DNA of 63,786 nt, the filler included, from Sluysia triapertura (taxonomy: Eukaryota), in the NCBI GenBank assembly GCA_046118255.1. It is 5 parts of 5 records of this genome, joined end to end, with 100 filler letters (N's around TTAATTAATTAA, not from the genome) between each part and the next. Parts side by side here need not be neighbours in the genome. Positions count along the whole stretch, not along the records: positions 25,082 to 38,255 come from JBJNIA010054994.1; positions 38,356 to 51,778 come from JBJNIA010040690.1; 3 more parts are not named here. One strand, given 5' to 3'. Below, piece by piece: positions 25,361 to 39,235 of this stretch. Under the pieces are notes generated by a model. That model did not search any database, had not been told where the DNA came from, and saw nothing but the letters and a program-made list of their open reading frames with translations. Both the position numbers and the translations under genes were made by a program. Each line of letters begins with the position of its first letter. Within the stretch, counting starts at the first letter, position 1.

Positions 25361-28300
25361 CTTTTATCACCATGTACAGTCATAAAACTACATTTCACAA
25401 ACTTAGCTCATATCACACAGACCACAAAAAATAATTAATACATAAACTATTATAATTTTTCGTTTATGTATCACAATTCACCTTGTTGATATCACATCCT
25501 TATTTCATTTCAGCATCATCACTAACAACACTATTTATACTAATTATAGCTCTTTTTTATTCCTTCTCTTCCGGAATTAGATATCACTAATTATAAATAA
25601 ACATTAGCCAAACACTCAACACAAAGAATCTCCGAGATGTCAGGGTAGTATCTTTTAGAAAAACCGAATTAACTGAAGATGACGTTATTACTGCAAGACA
25701 GATGTTTCTCTTGAAGTCTTGGAGCTATTTGAATCTTTTCGTGATAGAATTTTGATAAACTGCGGTTAATTTTAATACGTAATTTTATAAATATTTTGTA
25801 CACATAAGAAAAATATATATTATTCGATATTACATATCTCATCTCCATACAGCCAATTCCGACTCAAAACCTCAAATTAAATTACATATAAGCTTTAACA
25901 ACAATCTCTGTTGTCATCCACTAACAAGTACTCTGTCCTATTCCAAACTCACTTAACACAATTATAAATTATAAATCTTTAAACTATAAAATTTTATAAT
26001 AAAACCTAACACAACTATTTCAAAATCGTAATAATCAAACATGTTAAGTCTTTTTTTAACAATGTTGTGTTCGGGTCCTCAGCAACACCACTGTAAACCA
26101 TACTGTCATTTTTAGTTCACTTCTGATCTGTATCAGATGTTATTTTATTTTATCATGATACTTTTGAGACTACATTTTATTAATTAATTTTACTATGATG
26201 CATCCTCCGTAAAATTTTATGCTCTTACCGATGTTTATTTTGGTTTAACCCTCTCTGACCAATGTAACTTTCAGCTCCTACATTTTACTAAGTTATTTTA
26301 TTTTACTTTGCATTCTTTTATTTTATACTTTTTTTGTTTTAATATTTTATACCTTTTGGCGAATAATCTTTTAAAATTTTGAATATTTGAGTGATTAGAA
26401 GATGTTTCATATATGCGGCAAAAATATCATAGTTTAAATGTGAATATGATAAAGTATTGCAAGAAAGTCAAGAAATGCAACGACGTTATATCATGAACTA
26501 TGAAATGTCATATGGATTAAATGTTAAAACTTTTATGTGCTATTTTAGTTCAAGCTATTCCATTTTTGTCACAAAAAAAATCAATCGCAAGTGGCCGCAG
26601 TATTATTACGTGCTGTACAAGTTACAATACCAGATTTAAATTCTTTAATGTCTCAACAAAATGATGACAAATTTCAAAATTTCATAATTGTGCTAATTTT
26701 AATTTAACGCTAAATAATTTTGAGTTTTATAAAGAAAAGAGAATTAATGTACAAAAAATTTATATCGAGATAAAAATTTATTCTAAATTTAGATTTGGTC
26801 GTGAAAACGAAACTATTTCGAAGACAAAAATATTCTTTTATCAGCAGTTGCTTAACTTGGTAAGAAGAGAGAATTGTTGAAGTTGACATATGACAAACTT
26901 ATTTGATAACTTTATTAATTTATTTGGACATTGTTTTATTTGACTTATATTTTATAGTTATATTTTATTTATTCATAATTGAATATTATTTTTATAAAAA
27001 AAAATAAATATTATATTTATTATAAAACAGTAAATCAAATTTTTTTAAAAAGATGAAATTTTTTGATACAAATTAACTGATAATTTTATTAGAAAAAAGA
27101 AAATTTATAACAAATTTATTAAAAAGGGAAATTAATAAAAATATATAATATTTAAAATCTGTATAAGAAACTTTGTTTTAACAAATCATTTTTATAAAAA
27201 TCAAAACACTGAGTGCCAATATGGTGAAATCTAATATATATATATATATATATACAATGGAATTTTTGGAATCAAAACACACAAGTCGAACACAATTTTT
27301 ATCATCAGTCTCCGATTCTCTCGACATCAGTTTTTCCATGCATAGGTAAAATTTTTTAAATAAGTTTTAAAATTCTTAATTGTAAGTGATAGGATATTAT
27401 TAAAATCCACTTAAAATCTGATTATTTGTCTTAGACCGTAACTGGCTAGGTTAACTTCTTTTTAAAATACATTGATTTCTCACACCTAAGACTTACTCTT
27501 AAGGTGCGAAAATACGTATCATTATTATATTTCTTTTTATTGTAAATTATCCGATTAAATTGTATACATCATTTTGTAGATAACATATTTTTGTATATAC
27601 TAAATTAATTGTATATAAATTAAAATCTTGTTAAGTATATCAGACCGTAACTGGGTGATTCAATTTTTAAAATTTATCATTCGTTTGTCAGACCATAAGT
27701 GGCTGACTTATATTGTGAATCAATGGAAATTACTTGTTTAGATAAGTAATATAACCTAGTTATTTTGAGTTCCGACACTTTGTTTATTTCATCCATTTAA
27801 AGAAAAATTGTACAGTGTAATCGTTTTGTTTATATTTATTCATAAATTTTATACGAACTCTTTCGAGCACCTTGAACAGCCATAAGTAAACTTCACTGCC
27901 ACGTTAAGGTTATTAAAATCCTAATTAGAATGTCTTCGCTCAGATTTATATCGTATTTAATTAGGCAAACTAACCTCCAGATTCATTTTGTAAGTACAAG
28001 TTAAGTCTTTTTAAGTTAAAATAATTGCACGTACTATTAATATAATAAGGTACTACTTATTGTAATCACAACCCCTAAAATAATATAATTTCACGAAAAA
28101 GTAAGCCATATTCTAAAAACAAAGATGATTTTCTAGAAAAGAAAATAAATTTTCAAAAAAAAGGAATCGAAAATTCCTTAATATTCTAGAGTTTTCGAGA
28201 ATTTCCATTGACTTTGATTGATGATGACTTGTATATATACTAGCATTAGAAACATTTAAAATCCCAATTTGAAAACACAATCTAGTGTCATACTTTATAT

Positions 28301-30973
28301 TAATAATCGCAGTTGGAATAAAGCATGATTTATTGTTTTTATCAAAATTTTAATTTTTAGTAAGGCTGTTTTGGATAAAATCACTAATAATCTTTTTAAT
28401 CAGTATTAAATTATTATGAAATTAATTTATTAAATTATTAGTAAATTAAAGTGTTATGAATTTTGTTCTTTTTATTTTTAATGAACTTTTAATTATTCGT
28501 GTCATTATAGTAATTGTTTAAGTCAATTTTATAACATTTAATAAAGGAATTTTTGATTGTTTTTGTGACTTAATAGAGTATTAGTATTAGTAAATTGTAA
28601 AGAATTCACGAAATTTATAATATTTAGCAGGTGTCAAAGGTAATATTAGATCCTCAGTAAATAAATATCTAGCCAATGCACAAATTAAAAGGAGTTACAG
28701 AAACTTTAGGAATTAAAATAAATTTTGCATTGGATATTGTCAATTTTAGTTACAAGTACACTTATTTTATGTCAAAAGTCGTATGTCGTACTTTGATCCT
28801 GCTTAAAATTTTCAGAATAAATAAAACTGTTCAACTTTTTCTAAGTTAAGAACAATTATGAAATTAAACTTACGGGTCTGCCTGTGATGTACGGTTTATA
28901 TTAAAAATATCACAGGAAATTTTTAAAATCAAAATACTACGTGAAGAATTCCTTATACTTTGCAGTAATGAGGGTCTCTATCAATGATCAAATAATTCTT
29001 AAATTAAATTATCTTTTTCGGTTATGAACGTTTAAACAAATCAATGATTAGTTAACTCTTAAATTTAAGCCTCTTTTCAACAAGTTATTCTTTACGTTTA
29101 AACCTTAATTTATCTTTTAATCGACTCTTTTAAATAAACTTATACAATAAGGAAAAGACCGAATTTTTATTAGAATAATAACTGAGTACAAGGTAATTAT
29201 ACATTATAATATCAAATATATAAAAGTAAATTAAATTATCAAATATATAAAAACAAAAATCAACAAATTTTAAAATAGATTTTGACTCAGGCTAATGATT
29301 GAGTTTCAAAGGATCAAAGAAATTTAAGTGTATTTTAAGGCAAATATTATTGCCGCAAACTTAAAATAAATAGCTTACTTATTATACATGGAATTTTCTT
29401 TGGATCTGTTATGTCTAAAGCTATTCTCCGTAGATAATGTTTTCCAAATAAGAATTTTCACTATCTGAGACGATTAATTCTCAAAAAATTGAGTCGCGTT
29501 GTCTTTATCTTCTGTTATGGCGATTTGTAGAGACGATACGTTTTATTTATACTTTATGATAATTCCGTATGCTATATATTTTCCGATTCAATAAATATTT
29601 AAATTTAATAATATAAACATTTTATTTTCAAATTTTCACTCGAATAGATAATGTAAATATTTAGTTAAATTTTAAAATTAATTAAGATGATTAATTTATT
29701 TGCTTTTTAAAATTAGTTAAGGTGATTAATTTATTTTTACAATTCAAAATTTACATAAAAAGTTTAATTAAATTACAATATTTACAATTAATTTATATTT
29801 TTAGTTTTACAATTTTATTTCTTATATTTAAAATTCTTTAATTACAAAATTTAATTCACATAAAAAGTTTACATAAAGTTTAATTACAATATTTACAATA
29901 TTCTTATTCTAATTTTATTCTTATACTACTCATATCTGCTCCAACTTTGACTAAACCCAATATATCTTTTCTCTAGATTAAAATACTATTAATTGCATCA
30001 TTAAAATTAAGAATTTTAACTTTAAATTTTATACTTTAACTATGATCAATTTCTAGTGAAGAATAATTAAGGCTATTATTCTCAAAAATTATCATTTTAT
30101 CAAAATTTTGACTTATTTCTTTCATACCTATTCTATCACATTGGATTCATTAATATTATTAATAATTTTATTCCGAAATTTTTTCACTGATTTTAGAAGT
30201 CATCAAAATTTTCAAATGTTTTAGAAATTCTTAAGGATTTATATCAATTTTAAGTTTTCAAACACCTGAAGAAGTTTTAAGGTTTTTCAAAGATATTAAA
30301 ATGTTAAAAGGTTTTAGGAAATTCTAAGGTATTATTTAATGCCTAAAATATTTTCAAAAATGGATCTTCATATTTTCATCGCCAGCATACTTTTTTAATG
30401 ACATTTTTTTACTAATATTTACCATTTTGGACTAATGGCTTGTGCATGTCTCATCGATTTGTGTTTTAAAAAATTAAAAGTGATTCTTATGTCAGTGTCT
30501 GTATTTATGCTCAGTTTTATTTTTCCTATATATTTATTTTCTGGGTTCCAATATGTTTTTTATTCATTTGGTATTTTGTGATTTTAAAATTTTATTTGTA
30601 AAATGCGTGACAAATAAAAACAAAATAATAGTCTACATGTTATTATTTCTCAAATTTGTCAAACAAATTGAAAAATAGCGATATATACAGCTTATTATAA
30701 ATACAGAAATAAAAGGTAGAATCAATTTAAACAATAATAGTGAGGTTAAATAATAAATCAAGGTTAACAATGTACTGAGATATATAGTTAACAAATATTA
30801 TGTATAATAATAATAATCCACCAGGTTAGAGAATTTAAAAAACACCTTTAGAGTAGTATTTAATGTTATTGGTCAATATTAGTCCAATCATATTTAAGAT
30901 TTTTAATGTCATTTTAATTGAATGAATTATAATCCAATTATACTTGAGTTTAACAAAATCTTTTTATGATTGG

Positions 30974-31322
30974 TTACGCGATAACGGAACCAGCAGGAGC
31001 TTCTGCAGATGTGGATGAAGTTGATGATGTTGTCGCCATAATGGTGCTAATAACAAGAGTTTTACTAGAACGTGGCGGAGTATCTTCCCCGGCGCTGTTG
31101 TTACCTCCAGTTCCTGTGCATCCACCTATAGAATCTTCCGATATTTTGGATGGTTCATCTTCATGTACACTCATACTATGGGCAGCTGAAGATAATACTA
31201 TGGGTAACGTGCCAGACCCAGGGCCACTGTGTACGCTTGAACTACCACTACATGGTACAGTGGATGATGCAGATGCTGAGGTAGACGTATGGTGTTTTTT
31301 GTGAAAGTGTTGCAATGAAAAT
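30974..31322 (-). CDS. Probable terminal exon of an unidentified gene (S/T/G-rich disordered tail)
   Basis: GC-elevated island, acceptor atatttag|, 115 open codons FSLQHFHKKHH...APAGSVIA*. Confidence 0.55.
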
Positions 31323-31909
31323 CTAAATATGAATGTTACTTAATTATAATTAAGTGGTTTTAAGAATACTTAACCAATTAAATTAAAATTGTTTTATAAC
31401 AAAACTAAAGTATAAGTCTAGATTTCTAGAAGTTAGATTTAATCTGATGAAAGTTCATAATGGCACAGTATCAGGATCTTGTAAGCTTAGACTTTTTGAT
31501 GAGGTTTAAATTTTCTCTCTTAAACTTGTGATACCAATTTTGAATAGTAAGAACATTTATCATCTTCGCTTTCAATTTAGAATACTTATTTTGCTGTTTT
31601 GATGCTTTTTCCATTAAAATCGATCAAAATTTCGACATTAAATTTCTTCTATACATTTTATCATGTTCAATACATACCACCAACACATACATCTCGAACA
31701 TATACACTATTAAATAAAATCACATCAACTCAAATATCTTCGTCGAAGAACTATAATTTTTAAGCAATTGCAAAGTTTTATTTTCATTTATTAATATTGT
31801 CAGTTTTAATCTAAATGAAAGATGTAGTCATTTACATTGTTGTCACAGTTTACCTTATGTTGCAAAATATTTTTTAATCTGTCTCTCATAGTACGATTAA
31901 GTCGTTCAA

Positions 31910-32460
31910 CTAATGCTGCCTTCTACTGACTAAACGCTTTTCACCTAAATCAGTTTGAAAATTCATAAGTTTGTTTTTAATTAATGTCGACACTGCTTCA
32001 CTGCATCTTGCCAATTTCGAAAACACATCAACACAATTTAAAATATATTTATATTCATTATTAATTTTTGAATATGGAATCATTTCCATTAAATCAGCTT
32101 GCCATAATTCATTTAGTCCTCCTGTTTTATATTTACGTATTAGAAATTTTCGTCTCATTGGTTTGTTATGTGAGTATGTCAACTGATTTTTCAACCAATT
32201 TGTTACCTCATCCGTCTTTTTCTCTTTTTTTCAAGATTTTCTACTTCTGTCTTTTGTATTGAACCATATATCTATAGCTTCTTTTTTGATCATTCATTGC
32301 AACAATCTGATTTTGAACCAGATAATGCCGAACCCATACTTACCACTAATATTTGAATATTTTGTTTAACCCAGTCCAAGAATTATTAATCCATCAGCAC
32401 GTAATGCCAGAATTAGTAGTATTGCACCAATAAAACCATCATTTCGTTTGTAAATTACTT
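31910..32460 (-). mobile_element. Polinton/Maverick (adintovirus-like) integrase fragment plus upstream small-protein remnant
   Basis: HNKPMRRKF...ELWQADLMEM...YKYILNCVDVFSK...FQTDLG is the typical Polinton c-integrase N-terminal core. The upstream GFIGAILLIL segment resembles Polinton GGF-type core proteins. Truncated. Confidence 0.85.
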
Positions 32461-32579
32461 ATATTTTAGAATTTAGACATTTTGCATTTTTTAAATCAAT
32501 AAGTGATTTTTATATTTCAATAATGTTTGTTTATTTTTAGATTCATGCACATTTATTTTTCCAACAATACCAATTTTAC

Positions 32580-32749
32580 CAAAATCATCTGTAACCCAAA
32601 ATTGGTTGGAGTTCCAAATTCGACTGGCGTACCAACATCGTCATCCATTGGTAAATGAAAATTTTCGGTCGATACAGATACTGTTGAAGCAGAATTAGAA
32701 AATCTAATCAATTCACGTGTGAAATATGAAACACCAGTATATAAAAAAC
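32580..32749 (-). CDS. Candidate internal exon, unknown protein
   Basis: acattctag| (G)FLYTGVSYFTRELIRFSNSAS...FGLQMIL |gtaaaa. Open frame with a GC-richer composition. Confidence 0.3.
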
Positions 32750-34343
32750 CTAGAATGTTTAACTCATATGAAATGTATTTTTTACAAGATATAATTTGCA
32801 AATTCAAATCATGTGTAAAAATCCTGTAAACTCAATTTGGTCATATTTTATTAGAATTAAGTAAAGATATAATATCACTAAATGAAATACTAAACTATTT
32901 CAACACGCGAAGTGTAATTCTGGAACATTCTTATATAAAAGTCAATGATAAAACTAATATACTGAATATATCACAAGAACGATAGGAAGTATTTGAAAAC
33001 TAATAATGCACATTAGTGTCAGAATTACTGGCAGTGATTTGGTAGATATTTGGTACATATTAGGTGATATCGACTGTTAATTTTTAGTATTTTGTGTGTT
33101 ACTAAAATGTATTTGTTTCTCAAAATTGTTTTTATCTATTTAGGGTTGTAGGCGTACGTATACCATTATCCCTCTTAAAAATCTGTATCCAATCTATATC
33201 CAATTTATATCAAATTTATTTACAAATTAATAGTCACTCTAATCCAACAAACCAAATTTAATATAATACTCACTCTAATCAATATTAAGAATTCAACCAA
33301 TTAGAACAATATATAACAATTCAAATTAAATTCATGCGAGTAAATCAGGTATGCCCTCTATTTGGTTGTGATTTATAAATATTTATTATGTCGCTGATGC
33401 AATTACTGAAAAAAACAGGTGATTTCAGTGTTTTTGTTGTGTTAAAGTTTAAACAAAAGGACGGGTTAGTTAAGAATCCACAACCTTTGGATAATTAGAT
33501 TTAGTTGTTTCTTGGTTGCTTTAAATTATTGTTAGCAATATGTTTATCTATTATTATACGTTACAAGTTAATAGTTTTAAATTTCGACTAAAATTCTTTA
33601 AAAAATATTAAAGGGACTTTAATTAGTACCATAATCTCGTATTTTTTTTATTATGTAATCTTGCCTAAGATTAGAATTTTCTAAGATACTATTTCAATTT
33701 TATTAGTCAAATTTAATTTGTTATTAATCATTCACTGATGTTACATTTCTTTTACCGTCTATTGTTTGAATGTTAAAGTTTTACTGCTTGGAAGGCGGCC
33801 TCAAACGAAAGACTATAAATTCGTTTATTATGGAAAACTTTTAGTTAAATTTTAACTTTTAACCACTTCCCTGTTTATTCTGTATATTTACGGGGTAACT
33901 AAAACTGACCAGAGCATAAAATCCCGTATATATAAGGACCAAAACAATCAAACTTAAAAAATAAGTGTAATCTTAATAATATTTATAAAACGACGTCGGA
34001 AATATAATTTATGCACTACTTTTGTTATTATTTAATATTACATTGTATGTTTTATTACCTTGTTTGTCTAGTTTTATTTGTGTTTCTATTAGAAAAAAAA
34101 TTATTTTATCTTCGTATTTTAGTTCTAAAAAAATAGCCACTTTTGGACCATACCTGAAAAATAAATACTGCAATTTTATAATCCCTATAATACCAGAGAG
34201 TGTGATTAATTTAAAACTTTCAATGAATCATATTACGATAAAAATACATTTACTTTTGGTTTCAAGATTTAAAATAAAAAACGAAACTTAAGAACGTTTT
34301 TGTTATCCTGTATGAAAATAAAAAAATTTCTCAATATAAGCAC

Positions 34344-34363
34344 TTAACCCTTTGCAATCCACT
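34344..34363 (+). mobile_element. piggyBac-like terminus family (related copies at 35369 and 56882)
   Basis: TTAACCCTTTGCAATCCAC, TTAACCGTTTGCGGTCCAC and TTACCCTTTGCGATCCAC. TTAA-CCC is the piggyBac signature. Confidence 0.55.
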
Positions 34364-34948
34364 ATCAAGTACCACTGAACATATTTCATTGACATAATTA
34401 TAAGAGTTCTCTCTAAATTTTTTTAAATTTCACTACTATATTTCAAACTCATTTGTTATCCTCACCGGACGCGAAGGTATAACGGTCAAGCATACATCTC
34501 AAGAAAAGCTGACTAATGTCATCAGCACTATTCGTTTTAGTGATACTTTGACTGTTTATTTCTAAAGTTTATATGCATCTATTAACGATTTATAATATAA
34601 ATTTTGTTTCCTATTAAAGTAAATTTTAATAATTATAAAAGAAATGCCACTTCTTTTGAATTTGATATGGATAGAATTTTTAAGTTTATAATAAGACCAC
34701 ACTTAATAATGTTGTTAAGTATAATGCAGTTATTAATTTTATTTATATTTTTCAATAATTCTTTTATATTAAGAAATACAATATAAATTACCTTAATAGT
34801 TCAATATACAAATGCGCCTTTGCACTTTTTTGTCAGTGAAAAAATGTTTTTTTAGAAATATTTTACACTAATTTTTGTTAATTCTTATAAATGATTTATG
34901 TATCAAATAAAACGAATAAACATGAAATGAAATATCTTCCTTATGTAC

Positions 34949-35183
34949 TATCGAGTTTCATGTATTGTGTTAATAAGTACAATTTCACTTAAAACTTTAT
35001 CTGTGCAATACGAATCCTTTCCTTTAATTAACATCTTACTATGTTTGACTTTAATGTACATAGTTTAGTATCGAGTTTCACATATTGTGTTAAGATGGGT
35101 TCGTTTAGTATTATCTCACCTAAAACTTTATCTGTGCAATACGAATCCTTTGCTTTAATTAACATCTTACTACATTTGACTTC
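34949..35183. repeat. Imperfect tandem duplication (~120 bp)
   Basis: tatcgagtttca...aaaactttatctgtgcaatacgaatcctt...acatcttact occurs twice. Confidence 0.85.
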
Positions 35184-36844
35184 AGTTTATTCTTTAATAT
35201 TATCACTTCTAACTCTAAAATGCATTTAGAATGATCATCAAAATAATTTTTGTAAAATATGAATAAACACTTTCATTGAATAACTATTTGTATTTTAATT
35301 TAAACTTTTAAATTGTCTACTTTGCACAATTGTATTTCAAAGATATTGTTGATCCTTTACGATGCTCATTAACCGTTTGCGGTCCACGATCCAGATTCAT
35401 GAATATGCATTCACTACAATAGTGTTTCTTTTCCACTTATTTCGCTCTAAAACGTAACTCAAACCTTGCAATTAGTGCTCTAATAAAATCAAGATTACTG
35501 ACAAAATGCGAAACCTTCTTATGTAATTTACCCAAAACCTTTCATAGAGTATTAGTAACCATTTGATATAAACTTAATTTAGGTGATACTGTTTTAATTA
35601 AAATATAATCATCAAAACAATTTGATATGACTCAATAAGATATTCAAAAACGAAGCTTTGTATGTCATACGTTAACTGGAATGAGATAGATTTTTGTTTT
35701 TCATAATTTTTATTATTTTTATTATCTTTTATTATTTTATTGAAATTTTATTCAAAAAACTTCTTTAAAATATTTTTTATTCATTATTCTTCCTGCGAAA
35801 ATATTCGATAACATCATTCTAATACTATTGCGTTACAATAATCGCAATGTATCACATAAAATTTTTAAAAATTTCTTAAACTAAAATATGATTAAATTTT
35901 TAAAGTAGCACAAATTTTAATTTCTTATTTCCTTAACCAATCATAATTCTAGAAAATTGTACTTTGTGAAATAAGGCATGAATAATTACCATGTGCATAC
36001 ATGTTTTAATATCTTATGTGTACTGTTGCTGTGCGAAAAATTAAACAACATAAGTTAATTAAAGACGTGCTCAACACATAAATACTTGTTAACAAGTTCG
36101 TCGTATTCAAGATTCAGCAGCAACCACTTCTTCCAAATAAGAGCAGCATCTATTTGACAATTTGATTCCTTATTTAGAAGTCGTAGTAAGAAATAATGAA
36201 ATTTTCGATCAAACTGTTGTGAACACTAGAAATATTTATATGTTCAATATATTTCTAAAATAAAATTTGCTACATCTTGATTATTTTTTATTTAATTAAT
36301 TTTAGTCAAAATTGTGCAATACTTTTATATTTTCGAATAAGTATTATGTATTTTTTGAAAATTAATCGTTAATTAATCCCAAAATAATTAAGAGCATTTT
36401 TATTTAATAAATATTTATCTAATATTGATAAATAAACTTCATAAGTGCAATGAAAATGTAAAATAATTTTTTCACATATAAATTTCTAAATTAATAAACA
36501 GAAAAAAAACCCTTATTTGATTAAATATCTATTGACAACATTTATTCGGTTACTTCAACTCTATATACAATCTTAAATTTAGAAAAATATTATACATTTT
36601 GATTAATTTTAAAACATGTGCAGCAGAACACCATCATCAATTTTATTATTTTATAATTGTTTGAAAAAACAAATAAAATAAATTCTGAGTATTAAATATT
36701 AAATAAAAAAATTAATTTAATTAAAACTAGAAATAAAATGTGTTAATGTATTTTAGATGTTACACAAAATTAATTATATTACATCATATAAAACAAAGTT
36801 AAAATTATAAGTATATTAAAATCTTTAAAAGTACATCTACCAAC

Positions 36845-37304
36845 CTATACACAAAGCAGCTAGAAGCCTTTTAGCGTTATCTGGGCTTGGACAACCAACA
36901 AAAAACGGCTCTAAAGTATATTCAGCAAAAACCAATGCTATAATTGTTTGTGATACTGGTCTTGCTACTACAACATCAGCCCAAAGACGGAAAAACGCCC
37001 AAAATGAACCAAAAGCTTCTAATACATAAGCATAATCACCACCAGATCTTTGGATCATTGTGCCTAATTCCATATAACAATAAGCACCAATAAGACTAAA
37101 TATGCCGCAAGCAAACCAAATAGCAACAGCTGAACCAGCACTACCAGTTTTTTCATAAACTGCTGTAGGACTAACAAATATTCCAGATCCAATAATTGAT
37201 CCAACTATAACGCCAATACCACTAAGAAGACCAATTTCTTGTTTTAACTTCACAACATTTGCCTCTCTTTTTTCATCTACGACTTTAGCTTCTTCAGTAG
37301 ACAT
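36845..37304 (-). CDS. First coding exon of an L-type/heteromeric amino-acid transporter light chain (SLC7A5-A11 family)
   Basis: GSIIGSGIFVSP, ELGT..SGGDYAY and the extracellular Cys in PFFVGCPSP. Phase-1 donor ATAG|gttggt at the position where vertebrate SLC7 first coding exons end. The ORF's final GW* is intron read-through. Confidence 0.93.
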
Positions 37305-38226
37305 TTTAGTTTATCTATTATATTGTCACGCTTAAAGTTTTTAAACTTCTAAATTGTGTATGGAAATGTTAAATTGAATTACATTATTCTAACAAAATTA
37401 AGGTTAAAATGATATATTATTTTTATAAAATCAATATATAAAAAATAATGAATATTAAAAAACTTAATATTTTGTAGTTATGAAATATAAATTAACCGTA
37501 GAAAATGAATTTATAAAATCAATTATTTTAATATAATAATAAAAACAATTATTATTATTATTTAATTCATGCAATGCTAATACTTATTTTAAAATAAGTA
37601 CTCAAAGGTGCTTAGAATAAATCATTAATTACCATATTTATTTCATAGAAATAACTAAATTTAAATATTTCATAATCTTCCAGTCTTTAATGTTCGATTG
37701 TATAATTTTAAAACAACGTGCATAATATATCACCTATATTTATTACTGTGTGTTTTCCAAAACCTGTTATATCCTAAAGGCATTTGTTTTGATGTCTACA
37801 TTTTTAAAATTTCCATAGAGTTGCCATTTATAGATCTTGCTTTTGTTGGTAACTAGTGTAATTCTTTAAGACAATAAGTTATGAGATTTCCTGTCTGATA
37901 AACTTTTTAATGTACGGAGTGCAAGCAATTCGTATGATCACAGGTTTATCTTCTAAATTTACATCATTATGAAAAGCCACAAACATCAATCACTCCTCGT
38001 CAAAGACAGAAAACGGAGGTTTCTGAGTAAAAGAAGGGCCCTCAGTCCAATGTACAATGTTATCCATATCTTTATATAAGTGCTGGTGTTTTTTAACTTA
38101 ATTATTACAGCAAACTAAAAAATTAAGCAGGGTTCGGTTGTAGATAGTGTCTTATAACGTCTCGTTGGCACTTCCTACAACTAATAAGTTAAACGAGCTA
38201 ATTTATTCAAAATTTTAACTTTATCT

Positions 38227-38255
38227 TACGAGGGTCAATTAAAAAATTTGAGTAA
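38227..38255 (+). mobile_element. Mariner-like TIR at contig end
   Basis: TA-CGAGGGTCAATTAAAAA immediately before the gap. Confidence 0.45.
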
Positions 38256-38355
38256 NNNNNNNNNNNNNNNNNNNNNNNNNNNNNNNNNNNNNNNNNNNNT
38301 TAATTAATTAANNNNNNNNNNNNNNNNNNNNNNNNNNNNNNNNNNNNNNNNNNNN
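38256..38355. other. Assembly linker
   Basis: N44-TTAATTAATTAA-N44. Confidence 0.98.
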
Positions 38356-38486
38356 AAAGTTTTTAATTCTTATAAAAGTAAAAAATATCAGATTATTAAC
38401 AGTAAAGTAAAGAATGTAAAGCATTCACCCACCGCTCTTCACCTTGCTTTTTAAAAAATGTGTTTCAAATGATATAAATAAATATT

Positions 38487-38516
38487 CGCCGCGCTGTTAA
38501 ATGACAGTCCACTGTA
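38487..38516 (-). mobile_element. Tc1/pogo-like terminus
   Basis: Minus strand reads TA-CAGTGGACTGTCATTTAACAGCGCGGCG. Confidence 0.4.
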
Positions 38517-39235
38517 TTAATACTTGTCCTGCTCATAATGTTTTAAAGAAAAAGATATGAATTATTTTTAATTATTGATCTGTGTAATAGTTATTAATAC
38601 TCGAACGAATTTAATTGACAGCAAGCAAATTTATACACTCACTGATTTTAATTTACATTTGTTAGAGACTGCATTATACTCGAAGTAACCAAAATATTAA
38701 ATTTTTTAACTATTGTATAACATTTTACATCATATTTGTAATATCACATATATATTATTTAATAATAAACATTAGAATTGTAATTAGTTATTAATTTATT
38801 AGGGATTTCTGTGATACAGAAGATCTACGACTTTTATCCATGTGAAATTGCCAAATTCTCACTTCCATTTCTTCTACCAGAGACAAGTAGATTAGATCGC
38901 ACATTATATCACACATCGCTTTACTTAAATATGATATCAAATTTATTTCTCAATGTTTTAATTCAAAGACATAAGAAATATCAGCAAAAAGAAATTAATT
39001 ATTAACAATATTTACTGTGTGCACTTATTTGTGTTTTTTGATAGCGGCTAATTTGCATTTTTTAAAGTTGGTTTCTCTATCATTTGAATATTTTCAAAAT
39101 TAACGAATTTTTTGAATAAGTAAATTAATTTTTGTATTTTCATTTCTGTAAAATCTTTTTACTAATTAATTTAAATTATATTTCAATACAAATATCTTTT
39201 TGTTAAAATTATAATAAAGATGTTAAAAAAAAAAG

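Noticed and set aside
30966-31304. Plus-strand 112-aa ORF
   Set aside because: It is the antisense shadow of the minus-strand S/T-rich exon, which has an acceptor site.
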